Source: Camelus dromedarius
Taxonomy: Eukaryota
Assembly: GCF_036321535.1 (NCBI RefSeq)
Contig: NC_087437.1
Coordinates: 36,582,001-36,646,000, forward strand
Direction: 5' to 3'
DNA length: 64,000 nucleotides
Shown: one piece after another, positions 26,290 to 38,999 of the stretch
Position numbering within the stretch: position 1 is the stretch's first letter
Layout: the number at the start of each line of letters is the position of its first letter
Notes under the pieces: generated by a model
Told to the model about the DNA's origin: nothing
The model's input: the letters and a program-made list of their open reading frames with translations, nothing else
Database searches by the model: none
Made by a program: the position numbers and the translations under genes

Positions 26290-27439
26290 TGTAATATTGA
26301 GATTAATTGAGGAAACTTCAATAAAATGTTGCAGTTTTAGTGATTAGTATGTATGATCTATTTTAACAGCATTTTCCTTCTGTAGAAAGAATCTCAGATC
26401 TACACTGACCCTCAAATTGACCCTCAAAATTTTTTCAACCAACCTCTAATTTTAGCCATGTATTGGATTTAGTAGAAGAATAAAAATTATTGAGAGAACT
26501 CTGAGGTAAAAACATTTTCCTAAACATACAAATTCATGAGAAGAAATGGTAGAAAACAAGAAATGTAATGATAAACATATTTCATTTTATAATATTAAAT
26601 TTGATGTATATTTTATAAATATGACATGCTTCTCTATTAGATTTTTAATTTTTAACTGTTTAAATAATTGTGCTTTTGCCTTCATCTCCAATCATCTTGT
26701 AGCTCATACTTATGTAATAGTATATATTGCATCATCTTAAAATAAATGATCGGTATTTATACTTAAACTAGATATATTTGTCATGTTGGTGTAATATAAC
26801 CTGAAAATGAAGCATTATATATTTTCCCATGAGGATCTACCAAACCCATATTTTGCCAGAGACACATTTTTAAACTTAAATCATATTAAACATTTAGGAT
26901 AAAAATACAGTAGAATTTATTCCTATATTATGTTCTGTAATCATCATCTGAATGAAAAATAATTTATTAGAAATAAAGGAACTTATGAGTGTTAGTTTAT
27001 GATTTTATAAAGTAAATCATGGATAAATATATAATATATACAATGATGCATAATACATGAAATAGATAACATGCAAAATATAACTATCATTGTATGTCAG
27101 ATTCTTGAATATGATTATGTTAAATATATTATTCAGTATTCTGCATACATATTGATAAGTTTAAGGAAATCTCAAAAGGTATAAACATATGTTCGTATTA
27201 TTCTAGCTTTATCTTATATATTGTCAATTAAATACGTGAAATAGTTTTGTAAATATGCCAAAAAGCATTTTCAGCATGGATTGATATTAAGTACAGAATA
27301 GTTTCCTACCATTTTTCTTATGAATATTATCATACACAAAATCTTCCCTATAATTTCACAAACAGTGCTTTATAATATTTATGCCAGGTTGTATCTTTCT
27401 TACTTCTCAGTTCTTGAACTTTACACAGTAATATTCACT

Positions 27440-27700
27440 GAGTATAAAAATGTGAGTGTTGCTAGTAATTCTTATAGTAGGCAGTTTATAGGAGATGGAA
27501 ACAAGGGTAGTCATCAGCTGTATTGTTTTGGCAATGTTCCTATATTTTCAGTGACATATAATATTTGCTCTTATGAATCATGGCAAATTCCACTCTTCGG
27601 ATATTTGCAATTGCACTTTTCGTATGAGTTACTGAGAAGCTGTTAGAGCTTGCACAGAATTAAATGTCAGATGAAATCAGCACAAGTATTTAATAGTGTG
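27440..27700 (+). pseudogene. Fossil EGF-like repeat coding segment
   Basis: KCECC; MNHGKFHSSDICNCTFRMSY*EAVRACTELN in one frame from 27573. Confidence 0.6.
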
Positions 27701-27789
27701 AAATAAACCTAACCGGGCTGAGGGAATTCTTGATATAGTAAACCAGTTTCAATGAATGAATCAAGGATAAAATTTAAATTCATACTTCT

Positions 27790-27832
27790 GACGCTCCCTG
27801 GTGATCTAGTGGTTAGGATTCAGTGCTCTCTC
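27790..27832 (+). pseudogene. Tailless retrocopy of the 5' half of tRNA-Glu(CTC)
   Basis: 27795-27830 TCCCTGGTGATCTAGTGGTTAGGATTCAGTGCTCTC matches tRNA-Glu-CTC nt 1-36 at 33/36; 10-bp TSD tcatacttct at 27780-27789 and 27833-27842. Confidence 0.9.
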
Positions 27833-28394
27833 TCATACTTCTACTCTCTAAGAAAAACCTGGGCTTAATAACATCAGATTAAATAATGTTTCCTTATTAC
27901 TAATTGAATACTCTTTGCATTTTAAAGTAGTTATATGTCTACTGGGCTTATTAGAACAATTTGACTTATGTTTAAATATCCTTCTTCATTTAGTTTTAAG
28001 AATTCAATTATGTTAATCAGATTAATTTTGGTCTTTGTACTTAAGCATTTAATGTCTCTAAATCAACGTTCATTATTTTATTATAATTTTATTCAGAACT
28101 AAAAAGTATTTCAGGGATAATATACACATACAATTTTCTTTATTAAATATTAAGATTAAAATAATTCCCACTCTATGTATAATTATTAAATGTAATGAAT
28201 TCATTTACATGCGTTCTTTTTTGAAACTCGTGATGCTTGTTCAGTGAAGCATTTAAGATATTAGTTTGTTTATTCATCTACTTAATTTTCAAGATTGCAC
28301 TGTAGACAGACTGAGAGATATATGCTATTGGAAACAACTAATAAGGAAAACATATGTTGACCCATATTTGGAAGAAAATAATCGAGTCATACAT

Positions 28395-28930
28395 TGTGTT
28401 ATCTATCAGCTGTGAAATAAATCACCCCAAAATGTAAAGAGTTAGTAAAACAAACATTTATTTTTCATTCCATTTCTCTGGCTTTGAAATTTCAGTGTGA
28501 TTAAACTGACTCCTCCATCTCTGGGTCTCTCACCAGGCTATAGGCAGTGTAACTGCTGGGTTTCACGTGAGGGACCATTCAATTCCAAGTTCATTCGTGT
28601 GGTTGTTAGTAGGATTCAGTTCTTCATGGGTTCTTGTACTGAGGAATTCTTGAACAGAGAGCATGAGTTTCTCACCGGCTATTGGCTTGAAGCATCCCTT
28701 AGTTACTTGCCACTTGAGCCTTTCCCTGGGGCAGCTCACCACGCGGCTACTGGCTTTATCAGAATGAGCAAGTTAGAACAAGAGATGGTATCATCAAGAC
28801 GGAAGTCACAATCTTTTGTAACCTAGTCTCATCTCATTACTTTGGGCCTTATGCTGTTTGTTAGAAGCCAATCATTAGACTGAACCAACACACAAGAGAG
28901 GGTGTCACACAAGGGAATGAATGCCAGTAT
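28395..28930 (-). mobile_element. MLT1 (MaLR) solo LTR
   Basis: aaatcaccccaaaa…ggaagtcacaatcttttgtaaccta…acacaagggaatgaatgccag. Confidence 0.85.
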
Positions 28931-29232
28931 ACCTCAATTTTAAATTTCTCTAAAAGAGATTATAGAAAATGCACTTTAACTTTTATTTCCCATAAATTAA
29001 AAATATATGGCCAAATAAAGTGAAATAAGTCAGCAGAACCAAAGGCAGAATTGGAAATATGCTACATAAATTCATCAAATCGAGGTTAAAATAATCAGAG
29101 AAAACACAGTTCTCATAACAAAAGGAATTATGTTGAAACAGAATGATAGCAATGAAAAAAACAAAGACTGTTTCAGCATTTTAACTACATCAGAGGTAAG
29201 TAATAATAATTTAAATAATGTAAACATCATCC

Positions 29233-29868
29233 TGTAGTGAACACACTCACGTTGACTGCCCATGGTCCCCACTTCCTGGTGTTCCTGTTCTTCTCCTTAA
29301 ATGTGAACAGGACCTGTGACTTTCTTTTCTCCAAAGGAATAGGGGGAAGATGATGGGGTTTTGAAGATGTTATTAATATCCCAAATCAGGTGACTTTATG
29401 TTAATCAAATGTTCCTGGTTGGGCCTGACTTAATCGATTGAAAATGTTAAAAGGGGAAGTGGACCCTCCTGGAGAACAGACAGAGTCTCCCTGTTGGCTT
29501 TGAAGAATTAAAACACCATGTTCTCTGAGGACCTGTGGATAGTGACAGGTGGCATGGAACTTCTGGTGGTCATTGGGAGCTGACAGCAGCAGCCAGTGAT
29601 ATCCAGTAGGAAAACTGTTCCCTCAGTTCTATAGCAGCAAGGAGACCAATTCTGCCAACAACTTGAGAGAACTTGGAAGCAGATTTTTTCCCCTTTAAGC
29701 CTCTGATGATACTGCAGCTCAGCCTGTACCTAACTGTAGCCTTTTAAGACTATGATTGAAGGCCCCTGTCTCCTGACCCACAGAAATTTGTGAGATAATA
29801 AATGTGGATTGTTTTTAGCTGCTGAGCTTGTGGTAGTTCGTTATATAGAAATAGAGAATTACTATACT
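29233..29868 (+). mobile_element. MLT1 (MLT1E-like) solo LTR
   Basis: TGTAG start; aattctgccaacaac, cttggaagcagat, ctcctgacccacagaaa, gagataataaatg near the end. Confidence 0.9.
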
Positions 29869-30149
29869 TTGTAATACATTTTTAAAAGTAGGTAATGAGC
29901 CACTGCAGTCTCTGTGGTATATTGAACCAAGGAAAAATTTTTTTTAATTTGAAGTTTTAAGGAAGCAAAATATAAGAAAAATTTTAAAATTCTAAAATTA
30001 CATCATTAGAAAATCAAAAACAAACCAAATGTACCTTCATTTGAATAAAAGATAGTATTTCAAAGATACTAAAACCTTTTTCTGTTTGGTTTACTTACAC
30101 CCAAATACCAAATGACACCATAATGCCAGCCATGTAAAGAATTGAATTT

Positions 30150-32260
30150 CTCTACCACATTTAAACAATATTGGTCAAATTGTGAGACTTCCTTAAATCA
30201 ATGAAATGAGATCACATGTGCTGTTTGTCTCTCAGAAGCTTTGAAAGCCAAATTGCCTTTTCCTTCTTTGAAGATTATGGGCACATATGTCAAAGTGGAA
30301 GCTCTCCTGTTAACTAGTCAACTAAGAAGAGCAGAGCCTCCATGACAAGGGAGTATGATTATGAATTAAATATTTGGTGCATTTAGGCTTATTTGTTACT
30401 GCAGCAAGATATAAAAAAGTGATACTTTGAAGTAGGTGCCACAGTGACAAAAGCAAAACACACACAAAAAAGCATAGCAGTGGTTTAAGAATCAGTTGGT
30501 TTAAGGGTTAGAAGAAATTACTACTGGAGTCTAAAAGAAGAATGATAAATATTATCTAATGACAGAACATTTGGTAAAACTGTCCCTGTGATAAAGTGGA
30601 GTGTACCAATGTACTACTGAACTTGTGTTTATAGGGGAAGATGTTAAAGAATATAACCTTAGTATGGCTGTATGGGTTATCAGTGGTTTCAACAGATTAA
30701 GTATTATTTCAAAAAAGATGGCTGCAGAATAAAATAGTAGCAATTCTGAAGAAGAATGAAAAAAGAAAAGAGAGAGGCTCGAAATGCAGGGACTTGCAGG
30801 GTTGGAAAAGACAAATTCTGCTCAACCCCTAAAGAGGAAAAAAATAAACTGAGGAGGACTTTGAGCTACAAAGGCTAATGAAAACTTAGAATTAGGTGAA
30901 AGATTAATTCCAAGGCATTCACTTGTATGAATGAATGAAAGAGGTGACATTAAATCATATCAATTAGACAAAAATAGCTCATGGGAAAAGAACCCAAGGG
31001 TATATAACTCTCCTACCAAAGTCTAATAAATTCATATTACCCACATTAAATAAAGAGAGAAAGAGAAAAAGAGCAGAGTCTTGGAACAAAAAGCAAAGAA
31101 ATACAGTAAACAGAATAATTGTGTTGAGAAAGGAACTCTGTGTTAGTCTTATAGCTATTTAATATGTAGAATTGACTTAATTCAAATAGATAAGAAGTTG
31201 ATAAGATAAGGATATTTGTACCATCTTAAGCAGCACAATCCTTTACTAAATGAAATAGAAGACTAGTACCCACACACATCAGCATGCGGAGTATGGGCTG
31301 AGAAAACTGCTCAGCCCCAGGCCATATTTCTAGATACCAACTTCTAGTATGGGCAAAGATCCGACTAGAAAGGAACGTTCACCAAGAAGTGAAGCCACTG
31401 GTCATGAAGCAAATGTGAAAATTTTGCTAAAATAGCTTTCTCACCCCTGGTGAAGAGGCCTATCAATAAATGCTAAATGGGATTTGAGAATTGCTGCAAA
31501 TGTAACATGTGTGTCCTATTTTTCACCTTTACAATTAGGGATGGTTTCTGCAGTTAGAATATCTGTTGCACCATCTAACGCAGGCTGCTTACGTTGCAGA
31601 ATACTTGTCCTCTTAGTTCATAGAGTTCTGGATCAAGAGAAGCCTTCTCTCCACCGGTCTGAAGACCACCATGTATCACTGCCATTTAAGAGACTGTAGT
31701 TCAGGGCACATGAACTTTGAGCTTGATAGAATGTTTGGATGGACTTTTGGGGTTATATTGTTCAGGGAGAGTTGAGTGTATTTTAGAGTGTGAGACATCT
31801 TTTTGATGATCAAAAATAGAGAATAGAATAGAGTGTGAGACATCTTTTTGATGATCAAAAAGATGGAGTGTGTTAGTCACTAGTGTTGTTTATGAATTAT
31901 TTATAGCTCTCTGCCTTCAGGACAAATTAAATTTTCCCTTGTGCACTCTTGGAATTAGCTTTGGCCCTGGAAATTGCTTTTAGACAATGAAATATGAGAA
32001 TGGTAGTGAAGTTTATTACTTCAGGGTAGATTCTTTGAGGGACAGTGCGCTATTAACATACTCGCTTTCTGCCTCAACAGCAGAAATTTACGTTAAGATA
32101 ACAGTTTTGAGTCTTAAATAACTAAGAACTGACAAGCTGCATAATGGAACCATGTTGTTAATATAGCATAAGCAAGATGTCTTTTCATTAAGACATTTAA
32201 ATTTGAGTCAGTTTATTGGGTCTGTTTATCATTTATTCGTTCATTATTATATTGACTACT
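30150..32260 (+). mobile_element. MLT1 MaLR provirus remnant: LTR - internal - LTR
   Basis: 5' LTR ending tttgttactgcagc (~30410), MLT1-int motifs (catttggtaaaactgtc, catgaactttgagcttgat), second LTR from ~31870. Confidence 0.75.
31784..31861. repeat. Perfect 33-bp direct duplication with 12-bp spacer
   Basis: tagagtgtgagacatctttttgatgatcaaaaa at 31784-31816 and 31829-31861. Confidence 0.95.
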
Positions 32261-32269
32261 TTTTATCAA

Positions 32270-33165
32270 CCCTATGAAATGCATAGCTTGATTTGTCAAA
32301 GAAGACTTTTTCATTATAGTTTTCGCTTTGTCAAAATCTCTATGCTTCTACATTAAAGTTAATGTATATATATTATATACATATGTATCCTTTATTATTT
32401 TATCTTCTTGTTAGAGTACTATTTCAAGACAATTTTTTTATCTTTTAAAAATAACTAGTTTTTCTTGAAGTAATCTTTGAATGATAATATTTCTCTTTCT
32501 GGGTTTTATTTGCTTGCATATATTTTGTATATTCTAGTCCATTCTATTATTTTCAACTCTTTGTGGCATTAACTCATTACTAATGCTTAGTTTAAGTCAT
32601 CTGTATTTGGTTTGCTTACACAGTTTGTGCATTCTGTCATTTAACTTGTTGATTTAATGCATTCATGATAAATGTATTTATAAATGTCTTTTTTCTTGCA
32701 ATTTTTACTTTTTATTTTTGTAGTTTTTTTCTTTTAATTTGGTATTTTTATTGATCAAATGGTTTTGCTTATTGTTTCTATTGCTTTGAACATTTTATCT
32801 AACTGTATTTTCTAACAACAGTTACTCAGAAGTGTTTATCAATCATATTTGATCATAATTTTAAAATAATTATTAAATAGGTACATTGCAAAAATCATAT
32901 AGACTCTTTATTCATATTTATTATCAGTATAAAGCTTTGCTTTAAGATATGTAAGTTACATCTCAATTTTAAAATTTACTTTAATTTTTTACATTAAATT
33001 TTAAAAATTATGTTATCAACTAGAGCCTTACATATAATTTTTGTTGCTTTCATTTTCCCATTTTTTCTGCATACTATATATTCCACTTCTTGATTTGTAT
33101 TTTATTATTTACTTTTTGTTTTACTAAATTAATTTTTTAAATATATTTTTAAACATGTCAAGAAT
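32270..33165 (-). mobile_element. Very old L1 fragment
   Basis: T-rich antisense L1 texture (tttgcttgcatatatttt, ccattctattattttcaactc). Confidence 0.55.
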
Positions 33166-33169
33166 ATTT

Positions 33170-33720
33170 CAGTTGTAAGGGGTGGAGATTTCACCATGAA
33201 GTAAGAGAGAACCAAAAAAAAGAAATTTAATAGATTATTATTTGGAATACCAGAGGTGAGGCTTTTCACAGAAATTATTTAGTCTATCTATCACCTACCT
33301 ACCAATAATGTGTGTTATTTTGTTTTCTACTTCTGTTTATTCATTGGATTTATTCTTTCAATTTAAGATTTACCACAAAGTTATAACCATGATTTCTGTA
33401 TTGGCAATATTATATTGTGGACAAAAATTAAAAGACTACATCTCTATCAAATCAATGAGAAAATTACTGGAGAGGGGATCTAATTAGCTCGGCATGAATT
33501 CTTGTGCATCCCTGGAACGGTTATCTGCCCAGGTAATTTTGTTAGTGTAATTGTATATGCTTGGTTTGGCTGACAAACTTTTTGGACAGGTAATGAGATA
33601 ATATTCCCCAACACACCAGTGACTGAAGTAGAATAGAAGAATTTCCCTCTCTCCAAAATTGTACCAGAAGAACTGGTTACAATGAAGAACAGAATAAAAG
33701 CTGCAGTTATAGAACATATA
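33170..33720 (+). pseudogene. Fossil multi-EGF coding segment
   Basis: LYCGQKLKDY, GSN*LGMNSCAS (M at 33494), PGNF (33529), CNC (33546), LGLADKL. Confidence 0.65.
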
Positions 33721-33729
33721 TATTTGAGT

Positions 33730-34530
33730 CTTTGAATATCAGATCTTTTCTACACCCTGTTCCATTTACTCCAATATGGAATCTAAAAGTTACAGTGCTT
33801 TTCCATTAAAGACCTTTTGATTTTTCTTTTATACAATCTTCCAGAATGTTCTGGAAGATCTTTCTAATACTAAGGTGATTCTCTTTTCCTTTGTAACCAT
33901 CTCCCCAAATCAGGAAGCTTACAGGATTCCTTTTTATTCTTAGAATAAATCACTTTTTCACTGAGTAATTTTTTTCAATGTTGTCCATTATTCAGTGACC
34001 TTTTTGGTATTAAAAAGTTGACTATTTTTTATTTTAGTTTTTTAATCTATTTTTTATTTTATTAATTTTATTATTTTATATCTCCCTGTCTACTCAATAT
34101 TATACTCTTGGAACTATTTTTATACGGACTTCCATGTTCTACATCCCGTGTGTCTTGCCTTTGCGCTCAATACTTTAATTTCTTCTTTGTGTATTGTTCT
34201 GCATTCCAATGGATTATCTGAAGTTGATCTTGCAAATCGCAGTTAATATTCAGTATTATTCATTCAGTTTCTCTGAGCTTTCCTCATTATTTTGACCACT
34301 ATGCATTTTATTCCTCAAATACTACTTTTTTCCAAGCTTCTTCATTAATTGCTTCTTGAGAAAAGTACTTGGAGTTTGTTATTGTTGTTGTTGTTGTTGT
34401 TTTGACCACTAAGTCCTATCTTGCTTTCTGTATTTGGCTTTATTAATCTATAGCTTATTGCCCTAATTAATCAACTAATATCACAACTCTTTTGAAAATT
34501 TTGTTTTTCCTTAGTATGTCTGATTATTAT
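33730..34530 (-). mobile_element. Old L1/HAL1 ORF1-region fragment
   Basis: ttttcctttgtaacc…ggaagcttacaggattccttttattctt, antisense ORF1 texture. Confidence 0.55.
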
Positions 34531-34779
34531 TTTTTCAAATCTGTCCCCTTTAGGGGAAAAAGCCTAGAGTGATATGTACTGATGGCTTGTTCAGCATCCT
34601 TCAAGAATCATGTCACTGTTCAGGATTCTTTGGGACAGGAATACATTTTCTATTTCAGTTGGTTCAAGTGTAAGCTGAAAAGAAATAGGTAAGAAATCTT
34701 GTTTCTATCTCCCTAAATCCTTCAGAGGAAAGGAAATAGAATATGCTTAACATAATAACTGTGATTAGACTTATTAACT

Positions 34780-35680
34780 GCTGGTGACAAAGTGAGCAGA
34801 GCTGTTGTGTTAAATATCTAGTGTGTTGGTGTCACACCACGTTCCTAAGGCAGGATACTCTTATTTTTCTGGCATTTTCCATTGGGATGATTAAGGTGAT
34901 CAACAGTTAGAAGGTTAATTGCACATCCTGGATCATATATGCTGACATTATTTTGTGTCTATCAAATGTGTTTGTTCCCAGAAAGCAAAAATGACACACT
35001 AATTCTGAAGGACATCATCAAAATGAGCAGAATGTTCAGTAAGCCAATCCAATTCTTACTGGTGCTTTCTTCTCAGATGCTTAATCAATCTTAGTGTCCA
35101 TCCAGTTATGCAGACCTAAATAATTGCCTGACTGCCTTATATAACTTAGTGAAAAAGAAGTTACATATTACTGGGGTTATATTAGGTACAAAGCTTTTAC
35201 ATTATCTTTTTTAAAAACTCATATTAACAACTTTAAAAAACTAAAATATAAACTAAATTTTTTTTACCTATTTCATCATCCTTCCAAGTCTATGAAAAAG
35301 ATCATTTTCCTATCCATTCTATTTATCTAATCCCGTAGGGCTTTGTCCAACAGGACTTTTTATGTGCATGTTGGTTAATTGGGGTGTTTGACACAAGATT
35401 TGGTGACTGTTTGGAAGACTTCCAGGAGATGGTGAATTTTTTCCTTCAATCAGGAGGTTGACTGTGGAGTTCTTAAATGGCATGATTTCTTTTAAGTCGT
35501 TTTTCACACCAAGTAAAGCCGAAGCGTATGTATAGCTTGTGGTTAGCTGTATAGTGTGTTGGTTACTGGAGGAGATCCCTAATGTCCTGTGTTTGATCTT
35601 TCTATTTTCCAAGCAAACCCAATGTTCCATACTCTAAAGTGTTAGAATTGTTTGTGTCCAGTTAGAGTCTTAGTACTCCA
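34780..35680 (+). pseudogene. Fossil multi-EGF coding segment
   Basis: YLVCWCH (34815), VINS*KVNCTS, DIILCLSN, LSNP/GLC, DFLCAC (35354), GG/DC, SCV*, TQCSI. Confidence 0.6.
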
Positions 35681-35699
35681 ATAGGAAAGAAAATACCAG

Positions 35700-36255
35700 A
35701 TGATTCAGGATATTTTCCAACTATGTTAAATCACTTTTTTTATTTCAAGTTTTATTAATGGCACCCAAATGTTTGCTGTGGTAAGTCTTTTCCTCTCTTT
35801 GTCTCTGCTGCCCACATTGACAGATTTCAGTGCCATATTCCTCAGTTCATTTTTAAACAGTCCCTGGCAATTGGGATTGTATCAGGCACCTTGTATGGGA
35901 AAAGCTAGCTCAGAATTTAAATCCCTTCAGTTTCTGCCTTATTACCCAGCTTGCCTTGTTTCCAGTCCCTTCTGTTCTGAGCTTTGATTGTTTTCAGGGC
36001 TCAGTTTAGAAAATCTGCTTGTTCTTCCAGGTTTTCCCCCTTTGCCTGCTTTGAGTCAAAGGCTATTTTACACTGATCAGCTTTGTCCTCCGTCTGTTCC
36101 CATCTGTTTAATGTCTTCCAGAAATTCCTTAAAATTCTGGTTTATTAAAGACATTCTCTCCTATGTCCCAGTGATATTAATATTTTTTCTTATTATTTCC
36201 AAATTTATTTTGAGAGGAGGAGGAAAATACGTGTGCTAAATAAACTACTTTTAGA
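35700..36255 (-). mobile_element. L1ME/HAL1 5' end
   Basis: tcttccagaaattccttaaaattctggt…ggaggaggaaaatacgtgtgct, typical antisense 5' terminus. Confidence 0.55.
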
Positions 36256-36559
36256 AAATTGAATTTACCTACTGCATCCATGATTCTGTCTCTATTTTTA
36301 TTTATTTTCTCTTCTATTTTGTCCTTATATTTGCTTCATATATTTTATGTAGGAAAACAGTTTTTCAATGAAAATATTTCCATCAATCCCAACTTCAAAG
36401 ATATTCCTTTGAAAAATATGGAATTTTTTATTTAACATTGGTCTTTCTCTGTACTTCTAACTTTATTCTACATGGAAATAATATAGCATTTTCTTTATCA
36501 ATTTTCCTGTTTACCAGTTATGTTTTATGAGGTAGATTTCATCATTATTACAATAATCT

Positions 36560-37340
36560 GCATTTTTAACAATCTAAGGAAGTGATCTCATAAGCCAATT
36601 AAGAATGTTTTGAATGATGACTATTTGTGTATATTTAGATTCTTTAAAACATTTATAGGTTTTCTCTTAAGAGAACTTGGAAGGATATATATTTGGTGTA
36701 AATGTGTGTGTGTGCGCGCGCGCACACACGCATGTAGGTGTATCTGTGTGAGTGCGTGTTTCACTACTGAAGTTCTATTTATCAGGAAGCAAAGATTGCA
36801 GGAGTGTATTCAATAATGATGAGTCCTTTGTAGTCTACTCAATTCTGATTGTAGAGTACAACTGATCTGAACTTAACCCATCAAGAAACTGTGAACTATA
36901 AAGTTGGTACCTCAAATATTTTGTCCTCAGCATAACTCCTTTACTACTATTAACAATATCTTTGGTAATTATTGGTACTTTTTTGTCATTCTATCATTGC
37001 TACCACTTTGACCCCCAGTCAATTTTTATTTCTTCATTTAATTTTATGAAAGTGACAAAAAATGATATATTGTCAAAATATATGTTTCAAAGTGGCTCTA
37101 AGTACTTGCAATACAACTTGCCAAAGTTTTTTTTTAACTTTTTAAAAACTTTTCTTTAGGCTTATACACCTCTTATGTTGAAACATAAGGAGATAATTTG
37201 TCAAAAAGTATTGTTTCTTGTTTGTATAATCAATTAATAGAAGGTTATTCTACTGTGAGCTCTGACATTGCATAATGTTACAACTGATTTCATGTAGCAC
37301 AATTTCTGTTAAGATGATGGTATATTGTATTCCACTGTAA
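36560..37340 (+). pseudogene. Fossil multi-EGF coding segment
   Basis: DYLCI..FIG, SGSKDC, EYN*SELNPSRNCEL (36854), HNS..NIFGNY, IYCQN..STCNTTCQSF, FYCEL. Confidence 0.6.
36703..36736. repeat. (TG)n(CG)n(CA)n compound microsatellite
   Basis: tgtgtgtgtgtgcgcgcgcgcacacacgcatg seen directly. Confidence 0.95.
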
Positions 37341-38249
37341 ATACTTACAAAAATTTAGAAAGATACTGTACTTCACTATAAATACTTAGAAAGATGTAAA
37401 TACTTAGTATGAACTTCATTGTAAATGGTTAGAAAGATTCTAAATTCTTAGATTTTCTAGTCCCAAAACAACTTTTGTTCTAAATTTAAAATAATTTCTA
37501 ATTTGCAACATACCCCTCATAAACATGTTTTTCAATTGGGTTTGACTTTCAGCTTAATTGTTCTTAGTTTGTTATTTCAGGTTAGTAGATGTGGCTAAAT
37601 TTACTAAGCCTTTGTCAACTTTGTGTACTTTGAGTATTGAAATATAATTGTTGGAGGGAAAATTGAAATGAAAGATCATTCAATCAGTCAATCAATCAAG
37701 AATATCATTTATTATGTATTAAATTATTTCTTTTACTAAATTACTACTTTAAAGAAAATTATTTTATCTTCTCACATAGTAGTTTCATCATAATAGATGA
37801 GATGTTGGAAATTGAAAAATACTTTACCATATATTGATGATACATAGTGTGATTCACTATCATACTTTTAGCTAAACTCATGACATGTGACAGATGAGAA
37901 ACTTTTCCACTTCCAAAATAAATTCCTTTGATCTATCACTCAAATATGTTACTTGAAATTTTCTTTAGAGAAATCCCTATCTCTTTGGCTATCTATCCAT
38001 CAGTGGCTAAGAGCAAGGGTTGTATTTTCTGAGTATGGGTCCTTTAATTTCCTTTTATAATCTGTGACTCAAAATTTTTTAATTATGCTGGTTCTCAGTG
38101 GTTTCTTATAAATTCAAGTATTTAGGATAAATGCTTACGAGATAATTTAAGTATAACCGTATGTGCTAGAAAGTGTTACCTTCTCTTTGCCTATGTAACT
38201 ATACTTTTAACTTCTTACTTAACTAACTACATTACTTTCTTTTTTGTTT

Positions 38250-38620
38250 TTGTGTCATGTGGTGGTATCAAACAAGCCAATTGCTTAAAATAAACCAAAA
38301 TTCATTTTTTTTTTTTTACATAATGTTCACTGAGGTTATAGCAGTTGTCCCCTATGTTGGTTTATTATTTCAGACTGCTTTGATCTGGGAGACACTATAT
38401 GAATGCTTACTTGTAAGATCACAGTGGCAGGACAAGAATCATCTTAACTTTTCTTTTCACGTAGAAATGGCATTCATACTTCAGATAACATTTCATTAGT
38501 CAATGAAGTCATCTGGCTATGTCTAACTTCAAAGTGACTAGAAACTTCAGTCCTTTGATGTGCCCAGATGGGAAAGAGAACTAGAAATATTGTAGAGTAG
38601 TAATAGTATCTATAAGTTTA
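38250..38620 (-). mobile_element. MLT1 LTR fragment, flanked by MIR pieces
   Basis: ttcattagtcaatgaagtcat…ctaacttcaaag…tgtgcccagatgggaaagagaactagaaatattg. Confidence 0.7.
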
Positions 38621-38999
38621 TCTACTGATTCTCTTTACCTTCCTACCAAAAATTGGAAGTGCCATAGATACTGATCTTTGATGCATTTTGAGAGGAGAAA
38701 ATTAAAATCTGGAAAGAGAAAGTTATTTATTTAAAGTAACATGATATACAAATGACAGAACTAAGACTCATAAGCAAGACTTTTTTATCCTTAGTTTTCA
38801 ATAGTATTTCCTCTACTATAAAATAAAAATAATTTCAGTTGAATCTTATTAAACTAAGAATCCAGTAGGTAATAAATAACTATTTGGAGTCCACAGCAAT
38901 AGTAGAGCTTTAATATTTTCAAAACTATACAAATGTTTCAGTAATAAGTATGAAGAAGAAAAGATGACCACCAAGAAAACTGAAAATCTTGGCTAAAAT

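Noticed and set aside
31784..31861. CRISPR-like repeat-spacer-repeat
   Set aside because: Only two copies, a 12-bp spacer, mammalian context and no cas genes.
33174..33793. Possible LTR (TGTAA…TTACA with internal AATAAA)
   Set aside because: No TSD or family motifs; the interior translates to EGF-like motifs instead.
35319..35630. 103-aa minus-strand ORF, C/A-rich and NUMT-like
   Set aside because: No mitochondrial gene motif recognised; the opposite strand carries EGF motifs (DFLCAC).
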